DNA from: an uncultured cyanobacterium
GTDB taxonomy: Bacteria; Cyanobacteriota; Cyanobacteriia; Cyanobacteriales; Microcystaceae
Assembly (NCBI GenBank): GCA_963807635.1
Contig: CAWEDJ010000036.1
Span: 20,332 to 84,331, forward strand
Direction: 5' to 3'
DNA: 64,000 nucleotides
Shown here: positions 11,075 through 21,714 of the stretch, piece by piece
Layout of the letters: the number at the start of each line of letters is the position of its first letter
Numbering within the stretch: position 1 is the stretch's first letter
The notes under the pieces: generated by a model
Told to the model about the DNA's origin: nothing
The model's database searches: none
What the model saw: only the letters and a program-made list of their open reading frames with translations
Translations under genes and position numbers: made by a program

Positions 11075-12760
11075 ATGCCAGAGAACCTAAGAAGTCAGAT
11101 TATTACCCAGGGAGTCCAACGGAGTCCTAACCGAGCCATGTTAAGGGCTGTCGGCTTTGGAGACGATGATTTTACTAAACCCATTGTGGGCATTGCTAAC
11201 GGCTACAGCACGATTACGCCCTGTAATATGGGGATGAATGAACTGGCCAAACGGGCTGAAATTGGCTTAAAAACGGCAGGAGCCATGCCCCAAATGTTCG
11301 GGACGATTACCATCAGTGACGGGATCTCGATGGGAACGGAAGGAATGAAATATTCCCTAGTTTCCCGTGATGTAATCGCAGATTCCATTGAAACGGCTTG
11401 TACTGGCCAAAGTATGGACGGGGTTTTGGCCATTGGTGGCTGTGATAAAAATATGCCTGGAGCGATGATTGCGATCGCCCGAATGAATATTCCAGGGATT
11501 TTTGTCTATGGGGGAACGATTAAACCTGGTCATTATGAAGGCCAAGATTTAACGGTGGTCAGTTCCTTTGAAGCGGTCGGTCAATATATCGCGGGAAAAA
11601 TCACCGAAGAAACCCTGATGGGCATTGAACGAAATGCTTGTCCTGGAGCGGGTTCCTGTGGGGGAATGTTTACCGCGAATACCATGTCTTCTGCCTTTGA
11701 AGCGATGGGCATGAGTCTGCCCTATTCTTCTACTATGGCGGCCGTTGACGAAGAAAAAGCCGATAGTACGGAAGCGTCTGCCAAGGTTTTAGTGGAAGCC
11801 ATTCGCAAACAAATTTTACCCAGTCACATCCTCACTCGTAAAGCCTTTGAAAATGCGATTTCTGTGATTATGGCGGTCGGCGGTTCTACTAATGCCGTTC
11901 TGCATCTGTTGGCGATCGCCAATACCATTGGGGTGGAATTAATCCTAGATGACTTTGAAACGATTCGTCATCGGGTTCCTGTCCTGTGTGACCTCAAACC
12001 ATCGGGGAAATATGTCACCACGAATTTACATCAGGCGGGCGGTATTCCCCAGGTCATGAAAATGTTGTTGGTTCATGGTTTACTGCATGGTGATGAACTA
12101 ACGATTTCGGGTCAAACCATTGCGGAAATTTTAAAAGAGATTCCCGATGAACCCGCGAGCGATCAAGATGTCATTCGTCCTTGGAGTAATCCCGTTTATC
12201 AAGAAGGACATTTAGCGGTTTTAAAAGGAAATTTAGCCATTGAAGGTTCCGTTGCCAAAATTAGCGGTATCAAAAATCCTCAAATCACAGGCCCTGCAAG
12301 GGTGTTTGAATCGGAAGAGGATTGTTTAGCGGCAATATTGGCGAATAAAATTCAGGCGGGAGATGTGATTGTCGTCCGTTATGAAGGTCCCAAGGGCGGC
12401 CCAGGAATGCGCGAAATGTTAGCTCCAACTTCAGCCATTATCGGTGCAGGTTTAGGAGATTCGGTCGGTTTAATTACCGATGGTCGTTTTTCGGGCGGAA
12501 CCTACGGCATGGTGGTCGGTCACGTTGCCCCAGAAGCCTATGTGGGAGGCGCGATCGCCTTAGTGAAAGAAGGAGATAGTATCACCATTGATGCCAAGGA
12601 ACGACTACTGCAATTGAATATTACCGAAGAAGAAATGGCCCAACGGTTCAACCATTGGCAAGCTCCCCAACCCCGTTATACCAGGGGCGTTTTAGGGAAG
12701 TATGCGAAGTTAGTTTCTTCGAGTAGTTTAGGAGCTGTGACGGATTTGAATTTATTTTAA
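11075..12760 (+). CDS. ilvD: Dihydroxy-acid dehydratase
   Basis: [53 protein letters not shown]. Confidence 0.97.
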   Translation: MPENLRSQIITQGVQRSPNRAMLRAVGFGDDDFTKPIVGIANGYSTITPCNMGMNELAKRAEIGLKTAGAMPQMFGTITISDGISMGTEGMKYSLVSRDVIADSIETACTGQSMDGVLAIGGCDKNMPGAMIAIARMNIPGIFVYGGTIKPGHYEGQDLTVVSSFEAVGQYIAGKITEETLMGIERNACPGAGSCGGMFTANTMSSAFEAMGMSLPYSSTMAAVDEEKADSTEASAKVLVEAIRKQILPSHILTRKAFENAISVIMAVGGSTNAVLHLLAIANTIGVELILDDFETIRHRVPVLCDLKPSGKYVTTNLHQAGGIPQVMKMLLVHGLLHGDELTISGQTIAEILKEIPDEPASDQDVIRPWSNPVYQEGHLAVLKGNLAIEGSVAKISGIKNPQITGPARVFESEEDCLAAILANKIQAGDVIVVRYEGPKGGPGMREMLAPTSAIIGAGLGDSVGLITDGRFSGGTYGMVVGHVAPEAYVGGAIALVKEGDSITIDAKERLLQLNITEEEMAQRFNHWQAPQPRYTRGVLGKYAKLVSSSSLGAVTDLNLF

Positions 12761-12886
12761 ATTGCTTTATTTAGGCTCTCTTAAATTAAGGTGATTATTG
12801 ACTTTAATTAGGGAGTCTAAATTAAACGGCGATCGCATTTTTATTCTGATAAGTTGCCGTACCTTACCCACAAGCAATAAGACAAG

Positions 12887-12975
12887 TTATGAAAATATTT
12901 TGATTGCTTCTTTTACCTTAAACCATAAAGAACGAATTTTCCAAAATTTACTCGTCTTCATTGCTTCAATTTCGC
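12887..12975 (-). pseudogene. Orphan 3' end of a glycan-locus gene
   Basis: Minus strand reads SEIEAMKTSKFWKIRSLWFKVKEAIKIFS*, similar to the tail ALKSSKFWILRTSWFKIKK of the 14932-16278 protein. Confidence 0.6.
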
Positions 12976-13104
12976 TGATATTAATCCCAAGTGCAGATAT
13001 TTAAAATATTCATAACTTCTCACTTCTGGGAATAAGTCTCTATACACTTCACAGTATTCATCAATGAATTTCACTGTTTTTTGCGCATCCCGTGGCTTAA
13101 CCAT
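12976..13104 (-). pseudogene. IS701-family transposase 5' fragment
   Basis: Minus strand reads MVKPRDAQKTVKFIDEYCEVYRDLFPEVRSYEYFKYLHLGLIS, matching my recollection of cyanobacterial IS701 N-termini. Confidence 0.7.
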
Positions 13105-13314
13105 ATACCACCTACCTCTTTCACGGCTTTTTCTTAATTATAACTCTCCTTCTCTGATAGAACAGCGATATTGCCGACCTAGCGGTCGGCGGGCTGCTTA
13201 TCCCAATCGCAGCAAGCTGCGGGGTATGCGCAGTTTTTTAGATTAATAGAACAACAATAGGGCAAAGATTTTGTAGAGCCGCATCGTTCATTTATTGATG
13301 CCATACGGAATGTC

Positions 13315-14718
13315 TTAAAACGTCTGCTTCGACGGCAATATTAAAATATCGAGGTGTTGTGTTGTGTTTAGATTTAGTTCATAGAAGTTTTTTAAAAAAT
13401 CTAGCGTAATTGGTTCAATCTGATTATTTACCCACCTGAAAGTTTCCGTTGCGTATCGAACAATAAATTCAAAATACTCTTCACGGCAGTTTAGGCGATT
13501 AATTCCATAGGGCCAGAATTCAACATAAATGGGCGCGTTTGCTTTTTTGAAAAACTCTTGCCCACCTTTGAAAATTAGACCTTCACTACCTTGACAATCT
13601 ATGCAAATCCAACCAATTTTTTCCGCAACAATATCGTGTTGACTGGATAGATGATCTAGAGTAGTAAAATTAACCCGCTCAGTGTTAAATTGCTCTTCAT
13701 GGTAGAGATTTTCTGAGTTTTTATCTAAGTCAGAAGACATTCGGAAATCGCCACAGTTATACGGACTACAGATTATATCTTGCTCTCCAATGAAGTCTGC
13801 TAACCCATATTTCAGTACCTGAATTTTATCATTTAAATTATTAACACCGATGTTCCATTGCATGAATTGGTAGTTAACAGAAGAAGCCTCAATCCCGATC
13901 GCTTTAGTAAAATCTCCACTGGCAATGGCATAGATAGCCATGGAGCCAATATTTGCTCCAACATCTAAAAAAGTGTTTTTGTCAGGAGTAATCCAATGAT
14001 TGTCTCTTAGAAATTTTAAGCAATTATTAAAGTCTGACAACTGATACGGTTCACTGCTCAAGGTGACAAACAATTGTGCTTGATCAAAACCTGGATATAA
14101 CAGATACGAGTCAATGGACTCTGCCTTTGTCAATATCCCAAACAAACTATTATTTTGGGGTATATGCAAACGATTCTGATAATCATTGGAGGTAAAAAAC
14201 TCAACAAAAATTTCGTGATCGCTAAGCGAAGATTTAGACCATTTAGAAATTTCGCCCTCATCGGGTTCTCGCTGCATTAAATATCGAATAAAACCATCTA
14301 CTAACTGATAGCGAGACGTTATTTTTTCTGCCTCACGCTGTGCTAGTTGCTGATGAAGGATGGCTTTCTCATTTTCTAATTGTGAAACTTGTTCACTAAA
14401 AGCTATTTTCTCATTTTCCAATTGTGAAACTTGTTTACTAAAAGCTATTTTCTCATTTTCCAATTGTGAAACTTGTTCACTAAACGCAACTTTTTCGCTC
14501 TCAAGGTAATACACCTTCTGGTTAAAAACTGTTTTCTCACCTTCCAATTCCAATACTTGGTGCGAAAAGTGGGCAACTTCCCCTCTTAGATAAGCGACCT
14601 CATCCCGAAGGGAAGCTACTTCTTCTTTTAAGCTCTCATAGTTATTGATTAACTTTGTAAAGCCAGGAATACGTCGAAAAAAAGATTTAATATCCAGTTT
14701 AATAGGAGATTTAGCCAT
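13315..14718 (-). CDS. FkbM-family methyltransferase with long N-terminal coiled coil
   Basis: FLDVGANIG, IEAS, TTLD, IDCQGSE, VEFWP motifs; N-terminal heptads with 14-aa repeats (IAFSEQVSQLENEK). Confidence 0.8.
   Translation of the reverse strand: MAKSPIKLDIKSFFRRIPGFTKLINNYESLKEEVASLRDEVAYLRGEVAHFSHQVLELEGEKTVFNQKVYYLESEKVAFSEQVSQLENEKIAFSKQVSQLENEKIAFSEQVSQLENEKAILHQQLAQREAEKITSRYQLVDGFIRYLMQREPDEGEISKWSKSSLSDHEIFVEFFTSNDYQNRLHIPQNNSLFGILTKAESIDSYLLYPGFDQAQLFVTLSSEPYQLSDFNNCLKFLRDNHWITPDKNTFLDVGANIGSMAIYAIASGDFTKAIGIEASSVNYQFMQWNIGVNNLNDKIQVLKYGLADFIGEQDIICSPYNCGDFRMSSDLDKNSENLYHEEQFNTERVNFTTLDHLSSQHDIVAEKIGWICIDCQGSEGLIFKGGQEFFKKANAPIYVEFWPYGINRLNCREEYFEFIVRYATETFRWVNNQIEPITLDFLKNFYELNLNTTQHLDILILPSKQTF
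14365..14490. repeat. 42-bp coding tandem repeat, ~3 copies
   Basis: TTTCTCATTTTC(T/C)AATTGTGAAACTTGTT(C/T)ACTAAA recurs with a 42-nt period. Confidence 0.85.
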
Positions 14719-14931
14719 TGTGATAAGGGGATAAAGATAATTTCATTGTACAACAGGAGCCGTTGCATATAAGACAGAACAAAGGGCAGGAGAAAAGAGA
14801 AAATGCCTAATAAACTCTTGCTGATAAAGATTTTAGCACTTATTCAATGTTGTCAAAAAGCCACAAATATAAGAAGAATATTTAACTAGTTTTTTTAAAA
14901 CGAGTGATAGAATTCCCAAAAAATCAACTCA

Positions 14932-16278
14932 TTAATCTTCGATTTTTAGACCAACCATCTTTTTTATTTTAAACCAAGAAGTCCTTAGTATCCAAAACTT
15001 ACTACTTTTGAGCGCAGCAATTCGTTGATGCACTTGATCTAAAGACTCTCGCAACTGATGGATTTCTAGTTCCTGTTTTTGAACCAATTTTTCTTGCTCC
15101 TCTAACTGATTTTGGAGTTGAGAATAAGAATTCGTTAAAGACTGAGCATCATTTTTCTGAAGACAAGATGAACGAATCGACTCCTGTAAACTCGGTAACA
15201 CTTCTGTTAACATAAACTCTTCCAGTTGTGGTTGCCAACCATAACGTTTAGTTGTATTCAACATCGTTAAAAAGAGTTTTTCATACTCAGCTTTTTCCAA
15301 TAAAAGACTCCGAATGAGAGACAGGTAAAAAGTAAACTCTAGTGGAATCTTTTGATGATATTGATAACGAGCTACGGTGATACCTTGAGTTAAGGTTAGA
15401 TAAATACAGTCAACTAATTGCTCGACGGGGCAATCGGTCATCTCAATTAGTTGTTCCGTTGATTGTCCCCAACATTCAAAGTCATGGCTCATCGAAGCAT
15501 AAACGGATGTGGATGCAGCCAGTAGTTGAATTGTCGGTAATGGTTTAGCCCAATCTGATGTACAAAGCCATGAAATTCCACTGGAACATCCCACCAATAG
15601 ACTACAGTATTTACTTAACTCTGCATGATCTCGAAAAGAAAGAGTACTACTACTGATAATTCTTTCGTCACCAGAGTCAACCGAAATGGCAGAAGCCAGG
15701 ATGATGCTTATGTTAGGAAGTTTTGTTAATAAATTTCTGGCAACTTCTAATGCGTAATCGGGTCTAACAAATGATTGACCGCTATTTGAAGAACATTCAA
15801 ATAAAATAACATTGCTTCTTTCTGTTAACCGATGAAGTGTGGCAAATTGTTGAACCGTTTCTATCTCTTCTGGCAATAGATTTATCACTGGCGTAATCGT
15901 TACAGTGATTGGTCGAGGATAGGCTCGAAAAATAGATAGCCTGACGGTACCGTCAAAATTGTGAAAATTATTAGGAGATATTTGGGTGAGAAAAACTTCA
16001 TCAAAGTCTCCATTTCGATAACGATTTGCTGCTTCTTTTTCAAAGGCTTGCCAAGCCGAAGTCATCTCTCCATGATTTTGCATGGGGAATTCCCAAATTT
16101 CGTCAACATCGGGATTGCCTTTCAAAACATCACGACACATCGAACTGATTCCCCAGGTCAGAAAACAGCCAGGGTAATCGGCCTTGATTTGGCGAGCGAT
16201 CGCCGTTGCATAGAGACAGTCTCCCCTGGCAGAAAGATGTCCTAGTAAAATCCTTTGAACCCTTTGTTTCTCTGTCAT
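14932..16278 (-). CDS. Glycosyltransferase family 9-like protein with C-terminal coiled coil
   Basis: HLSARGDCLYAT, IKADYPG, LKGNPDVDEI, LLVGCSSGISW resemble GT9 heptosyltransferase motifs. Confidence 0.65.
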   Translation of the reverse strand: MTEKQRVQRILLGHLSARGDCLYATAIARQIKADYPGCFLTWGISSMCRDVLKGNPDVDEIWEFPMQNHGEMTSAWQAFEKEAANRYRNGDFDEVFLTQISPNNFHNFDGTVRLSIFRAYPRPITVTITPVINLLPEEIETVQQFATLHRLTERSNVILFECSSNSGQSFVRPDYALEVARNLLTKLPNISIILASAISVDSGDERIISSSTLSFRDHAELSKYCSLLVGCSSGISWLCTSDWAKPLPTIQLLAASTSVYASMSHDFECWGQSTEQLIEMTDCPVEQLVDCIYLTLTQGITVARYQYHQKIPLEFTFYLSLIRSLLLEKAEYEKLFLTMLNTTKRYGWQPQLEEFMLTEVLPSLQESIRSSCLQKNDAQSLTNSYSQLQNQLEEQEKLVQKQELEIHQLRESLDQVHQRIAALKSSKFWILRTSWFKIKKMVGLKIED

Positions 16279-16330
16279 GTAAATGAATAAAAATGTTACA
16301 GTTGAATCAAGTTTCTATGGTGAAATATAT

Positions 16331-17204
16331 TTAACCTGACTCCATCATAATTCTTGCTAGAGTCTTTAAATCTACAGAGGAAGACCAACCAAGGGAAAAA
16401 ATTGTTTCTGGATTAGAGACTAGGTAAGGATATTCTGCCTGAAAACCCTCCTGACAAATCACATATTTTTTTCCAGTCTAGCCCCACATAGTCAAAACAT
16501 AGCTCTAACCAGTCCTGAATGGAATGAGAAACACCAGAGCCAATCACAGCTTCGTAAACATTATTTTGGCCAGTTAAAGTTAGCATTCCTTCGGCAACAT
16601 CCCCCGCAAAAGTCCACTCTTTTGTAACTCTTATATCACCTACCTCTAAAAAACTTAGTTCACCCGTTGCAATTTTGTAAACAGCCGATGTTATTTTTTT
16701 GCTGACGTGATGGGATTTGCGAAGTGGGCTTTCGTGATGAAAAAGGTAGCCAACATAGACCTGTAAGCCAAGAGAGCGGTAATACCTAGCTGCATAGGTA
16801 GATTGAATACGGTTTAGAGCGTAGGCATTTGAGGTCAGAAAAGGGTCTTTTTCGGAAATTGGCGTTCCATTATTGACAAATTGAAGTCCACTGCCAGTAA
16901 TAAAAACTTTAGACCGAGGAGAATGAAGTTTTACCACTTCGAGTATATTAAGCGTTCCAGTACAAATTGTTTGGTGATTTTCCCATAAAACCTCATGACC
17001 AGTAGAGGAGTTGGCTGCTAAATGAAAAATAAAATCGGGAGAGTAATGGCGGATAAGAGTTTCCACTTGTTTATAACAAGCGACATCTCCTTTCAGCCAA
17101 TTGCCTGATCGCGATATCCCTATAGGCTCAATATTCCTTTTTCGGCAGGACTCCGCCAAGTAGAATCCATCCTGACCATTTGCACCAAAAATTAGAGTTT
17201 TCAT
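16331..17204 (-). CDS. GDP-mannose 4,6-dehydratase-like SDR enzyme; apparent frameshift near 16466
   Basis: LIFGANGQDGFYL, FHLAA, LFHHESPLR; extra base in an A7 run, after which the frame continues YVICQEGFQAEYPYLVSNP...MMESG* to 16331. Confidence 0.75.
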
Positions 17205-17213
17205 GTCAAAGAA

Positions 17214-19763
17214 TTAGGATTTTTCAAAAACAACCATGCCAAAAGTATATTTCATTAAGGGATGGGGAGCATAATAGCCGTAGTGAATAACCGGATCTCC
17301 GAGCGTCCAATCCATTTCGTTTACCAGATGCAATGATTGGCGATTGCAGGCTTCAATGAATTGATAAACTTTCTGTTTGTCCAAGGGCTGCCAAGCTAAG
17401 CCATAAAGACGAACAGGGGGGATAACTTTGGGTTCCCAATAGTCGAAGGTAACAAACAGACGGCCGCCTGGCTGAAGTAGGCGACTAACTTCTGAGGTAA
17501 AGCGATCAAAATCTACTTCATGTTCAATCACCGAAAGACAGGAAATATTGGCAAAATGTTGTGAAGGTAAGCCTGTCTCCATTAAATCTCCTTTAAGGTA
17601 GCTAACGCGAGGAATCGGCACATCAGGATCATTAAAGTCAATACCATACAGATCGCCTTTAATATTCTTTAGGGTTAGATTTTTGAGGATATAGGAATCT
17701 GAACTACCCATGTCCAAAAAATTACCATCTCCAATTTCCGAGACAATGTGAGCAATGTCCCAATCTTTACAGATAAGATTGTGAGACGCAAAACCATTCC
17801 GATGCAAAAATGTTGTACAATCATCAACCTCGCTCTTGTACTTCAGAAATTTACAAAGATTGGTAACAGGTAATTTCGGCTGTATAAAATTAGACTCTAT
17901 GGCGTTACTCGTCAACATCAATAAAGATTCAATTTTTGCTGGGTCTGGTTTCAGCAATATCCAACAGGAACTAAGTTGCTTCTCGACCCCATAACCGATC
18001 ACATCCAAGACATCAAGCCATAATTTACTATCCGTGTCAATCAGGATAATGACTGGTTGATCTTTTAAGATAGTCCTGACAGCGCCGAGAAGAACCTCTG
18101 CCGCATTAGCGCCATCACCAATTTTGATCAAGCTAACCCGATTACTGATATTTAGATCATCAATTGCAATGGTCTGAACTTCCTCTAGTTCCAACGATTG
18201 ATCCAGATTATCGGGGGATACACCAGTTCTTGCTCCTACTTGACTCAGATAGGGTCTGACATTGTAAAGATGATTTGCTGCCAATGTTTTTTGTAAAGCA
18301 TGAAAAAGATAAGCATCCGCTTCAAAAGCTAAAACTTGTCCTTGATCACTAGTAAATTTTGCAAACAAAGAGGTGCTTTGACCGAACCTGGTTCCAATAT
18401 CAATGATGGTCGAACCCGTATCAATATACTGACGTGCAACCTCAATCACTTCTGGAGATTCTAGTTTTCCAGAACGTATCTTGCGAGTAACGGTCCCCAT
18501 TGTCCCGTCAAATGGTAAGTAGTAATCTCCATTGGCAGTAGAATAGAACACTAAAGGGCGTTCTGAAAATTTATCTTTAGGTAACGTCGCGGTAATGTCT
18601 ACTTTTTCTTCGCCGTTGCCATCCGTTTTTGGAAAATCAATAATTTGGCGTTCCCTGTCAGGAATCTCAATGCTATCCAAGGATTGATAGTAACGAGAGA
18701 TGGCCATATATTCTGGATAGTCTGATAGCTTGCCCGAAAATATAGTTTTTTGTTTTTCATGCAGTCTAAAAATGGCAAGTTCTTGCGGAATATGGCAAGC
18801 AATTATCTTCTGCCTTGCCAAGCGGAGCCAAAAGTCATAATCCATCCCAAAATTGAGATTTTCGTTGAGAAACGCCCCAGAAATCTCCCAAGCTCGTCGG
18901 GTCCAAAATGCTTCTGGCTGAAAAAAGAACTTACCTGCCAGCCAATCTTCTCCAAAATCTAACATTGACTCATAGTCTAAGGACAGGACTTCACCGAGGG
19001 GGAGACTGCAACGATGAGTTTTCAAAACAGAACGACAATGATCCTCAATTAATTGGCAACCCCCTACTATCAGATCACAGTTGAAGGTATCAAATGCCTT
19101 AGCCACTTGCAGTAGTGTATCTGGGAGATATTGATCATCGCTGTTAAGCCAAGCAAGTATATCTCCCGTAGCATATCGAAACCCTTTGTTTAGAGCATTG
19201 GTCTGGCCTTCATCAGGTTCACTAATGCAAACAGTCAAATCCGCTTGATAACGCTCAAGGATCGTTGAGGTATTGTCAGTCGAGCCACCATCAATAACGA
19301 TATATTCCAAGTTAGGATACCCCTGAAGAATAACGGAGCGAATAGTTTCTTCAAGATAGTCCCCATGATTGTAAGTAGGAGTAACAATAGAAATCTTGGG
19401 CCAAGGTCTTCCTGAAGGTAACACGGAGGGGATTTTTTCGGGCTTATAACTCCAGGGCCAAAGGGGAGAATTGTTATCTAAACTTTTTTGAAGTTGGCAT
19501 TGGTTTGTTTGGACTAACTCAGTGGAATCTGAGCTAACCGATGGAGTAATTGTCAGTGACTGAAGAAGCTGTTTGAGATCATTATAATTGTTACTTAAGC
19601 AATCAATTCTCTGATCAACTAGACCAAATTTATTCGCCAAGAAATCAATTTTTAGATCAATGCAATCTAAACGATCAACGATGAAATTCTTCACGCGTTT
19701 AAAACGATCTAATAAATTAAGAGAGTGAAAAGACATCTTTAGTTTACTTTTGAAATTACTCAT
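17214..19763 (-). CDS. Multidomain GT2 glycosyltransferase + FkbM-like domain + class I SAM methyltransferase
   Basis: WPKISIVTPTYNHG, IDGGSTD, WLNSDD (GT2); IIDIG...VLAFEAD (FkbM-like); FLDMGS, CLSVIEH, LLQPGGRLFVT (methyltransferase). Confidence 0.8.
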   Translation of the reverse strand: MSNFKSKLKMSFHSLNLLDRFKRVKNFIVDRLDCIDLKIDFLANKFGLVDQRIDCLSNNYNDLKQLLQSLTITPSVSSDSTELVQTNQCQLQKSLDNNSPLWPWSYKPEKIPSVLPSGRPWPKISIVTPTYNHGDYLEETIRSVILQGYPNLEYIVIDGGSTDNTSTILERYQADLTVCISEPDEGQTNALNKGFRYATGDILAWLNSDDQYLPDTLLQVAKAFDTFNCDLIVGGCQLIEDHCRSVLKTHRCSLPLGEVLSLDYESMLDFGEDWLAGKFFFQPEAFWTRRAWEISGAFLNENLNFGMDYDFWLRLARQKIIACHIPQELAIFRLHEKQKTIFSGKLSDYPEYMAISRYYQSLDSIEIPDRERQIIDFPKTDGNGEEKVDITATLPKDKFSERPLVFYSTANGDYYLPFDGTMGTVTRKIRSGKLESPEVIEVARQYIDTGSTIIDIGTRFGQSTSLFAKFTSDQGQVLAFEADAYLFHALQKTLAANHLYNVRPYLSQVGARTGVSPDNLDQSLELEEVQTIAIDDLNISNRVSLIKIGDGANAAEVLLGAVRTILKDQPVIILIDTDSKLWLDVLDVIGYGVEKQLSSCWILLKPDPAKIESLLMLTSNAIESNFIQPKLPVTNLCKFLKYKSEVDDCTTFLHRNGFASHNLICKDWDIAHIVSEIGDGNFLDMGSSDSYILKNLTLKNIKGDLYGIDFNDPDVPIPRVSYLKGDLMETGLPSQHFANISCLSVIEHEVDFDRFTSEVSRLLQPGGRLFVTFDYWEPKVIPPVRLYGLAWQPLDKQKVYQFIEACNRQSLHLVNEMDWTLGDPVIHYGYYAPHPLMKYTFGMVVFEKS

Positions 19764-19796
19764 AGAAAAAATTTGTTGATAATAAAATGCTTTGAA

Positions 19797-21056
19797 CTAA
19801 CGTTTAATAATTTGGATGTCAGGCAAGGGGAAAATCATTCCTGTGCCATTGTTAAGCATTTCCTCTTCACGCTTCAGAAACTCATCCTTAAAATGCCAGG
19901 GTAAAACTAGATAATAATCAGGTTTCATTTGACGAGATTCTACTTCACTAATAATAGGAATATCTGTCCCAAGAGTGTAAGCTCCAAATTTATCGCGATT
20001 GCGATCCGCCGCATAGTCAACCAAGCGATTGTCCACACCGCACCATTGTAGAATTGTGTTTCCTTTAGTAGAAGCTCCATAAATGTGGATCGTTTTATGA
20101 TCTTTTTTTAAGGATTTTAGCAATGAGAGAAGTTGGTCTCGGTGGATATTGATACGATCTTGAAAATTTTTATAGGGTTTGTCCGTATCCAATTCCATAT
20201 CAAACTCCTCTTGGCGCAGCAATTTAATGCGTTGTTGAGATTGCTCACTTTTAAAGGAAAAGTTATTAACGTGTGTTGCATAGCAACGAATACTTCCTCC
20301 GTTAATTTCGTTCAACTTAAGATCAAATATTTTTAGACCCGATTTCCTAAGAAGATACTCAATTACAGCAAGGCTGTAATACTCTAAGTGTTCGTGACAG
20401 ATTGTATCGTAGGAATTCATCCTTAGCATTTCTGGCATATAGGACATCTCAAAAATCCAGAGTCCCTCTTCCGATAAAATACGCTTAATTTCCTTACAAA
20501 AACTTAGAGGGTCTTCCAGATCGTAAAACATTGCGATCGAAGTAATAATGTCAAACTTCTTCTCCTGTATTGCCTTGTTTAACTCCCCTGACGGAAAAAT
20601 ATCTTGGATAACCTTGACATTTTCGCTAATCTCCTGAGCTACATCTGAGGGATCTACGCCAAACTTTAAATATCCACTAGGATAATTGTTAAGAAGAGTC
20701 CCATCATTACAACCAATATCCAAAACTATAGCATCAGGCTTGTTGACTAATACCTGAGCATCCTCCGAGATACCACGCAAATGATCACGCATTGTCTGAT
20801 TTGTGCCAGACCTATACCAGTACGATGAGTAGAGTATCTCTGCGGGTACGCTATGTTCCATTTGAAGCAAACCACAAGCATTTTCATCTTTGGTTGGATC
20901 ACAGCGAAGCAAGGAGAGGTCTATTTTTCGAAGAGGTGGCTCTTCCTTTCCTGGTTTGAAAAAAGAGCCTTGTAGGTACTGTCCCCCCAGATGAATCACT
21001 GGAGTCAAATTAGACGATCCACATATTCTGCAAGTATGACGATAGACTAAGTGCAT
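19797..21056 (-). CDS. NDP-sugar C-methyltransferase (Zn-binding N-terminus)
   Basis: CRICGS, VLDIGCNDG, YDTICHEHLEYYS, NGGSIR, YGASTKG, VLPWHF match the TcaB9-like C3-methyltransferase architecture. Confidence 0.85.
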   Translation of the reverse strand: MHLVYRHTCRICGSSNLTPVIHLGGQYLQGSFFKPGKEEPPLRKIDLSLLRCDPTKDENACGLLQMEHSVPAEILYSSYWYRSGTNQTMRDHLRGISEDAQVLVNKPDAIVLDIGCNDGTLLNNYPSGYLKFGVDPSDVAQEISENVKVIQDIFPSGELNKAIQEKKFDIITSIAMFYDLEDPLSFCKEIKRILSEEGLWIFEMSYMPEMLRMNSYDTICHEHLEYYSLAVIEYLLRKSGLKIFDLKLNEINGGSIRCYATHVNNFSFKSEQSQQRIKLLRQEEFDMELDTDKPYKNFQDRINIHRDQLLSLLKSLKKDHKTIHIYGASTKGNTILQWCGVDNRLVDYAADRNRDKFGAYTLGTDIPIISEVESRQMKPDYYLVLPWHFKDEFLKREEEMLNNGTGMIFPLPDIQIIKR

Positions 21057-21196
21057 AATTCAAAACTAAAAAATAATGTTTTTACTGATGTAGATAGACC
21101 ACTGGACTATCATACTACTTGATAAAGCCCTCGAAAACAAGGGAAAACCATTGAATCTTTCACCATTGGTCATCTTTCGTGGGGCCGTTATCCACT

Positions 21197-21637
21197 TTAG
21201 TTTTTCCCTTCGATTGCATCACGGAGATGCTCGTTGATTTTGTCAATACATTGGTTACGTTCAAGGTTTAGTATTGCCAATTGTTTCACGACTTTGTCTT
21301 TTTCACTAGCAGGAACTTTTTCAAAGTCATACACTTTCTCCTGTTCATGCCAGAGTCGGCAATTTACCTCAGCAAGACTAGAGAATACATTTCCGATATT
21401 ACCAGAAATCTCACGAGTCTCATTTCCTGTTTTCTTATAGACCTTGTTGGCATCGAAAACTAGGCGAGCAAGGGGAATATCACCAGAAATGGCCGAGGAA
21501 ATAAACTCGTCTATCTCGACCTTGAGTTGCTGTTCTTGCCTGGCTAGACTTTCCAATCTGCCTGAATCTTCGGAATGCCACTGCTTTAACTTAACAATTG
21601 TCAATTTGTCACATAGAGAACCAAATGTTTCTGCCAT
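21197..21637 (-). CDS. Small helical protein, possibly DUF4254-like
   Basis: ETFGSLCDKLTI and NCRLWHEQE...LNLERNQCIDKIN motifs. Confidence 0.55.
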   Translation of the reverse strand: MAETFGSLCDKLTIVKLKQWHSEDSGRLESLARQEQQLKVEIDEFISSAISGDIPLARLVFDANKVYKKTGNETREISGNIGNVFSSLAEVNCRLWHEQEKVYDFEKVPASEKDKVVKQLAILNLERNQCIDKINEHLRDAIEGKN

Positions 21638-21714
21638 AATTACTAAGTCTTTTTATTGGAAGTCTAGCCATTCTAGCTGATGAGTAGGGACTTTTCAACG
21701 ACTATGTCAATCAA

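Noticed and set aside
14752..14900. Possible IS end fragment between two island genes
   Set aside because: Resembles an IS terminus, but I found no partner IR, target duplication or transposase remnant.
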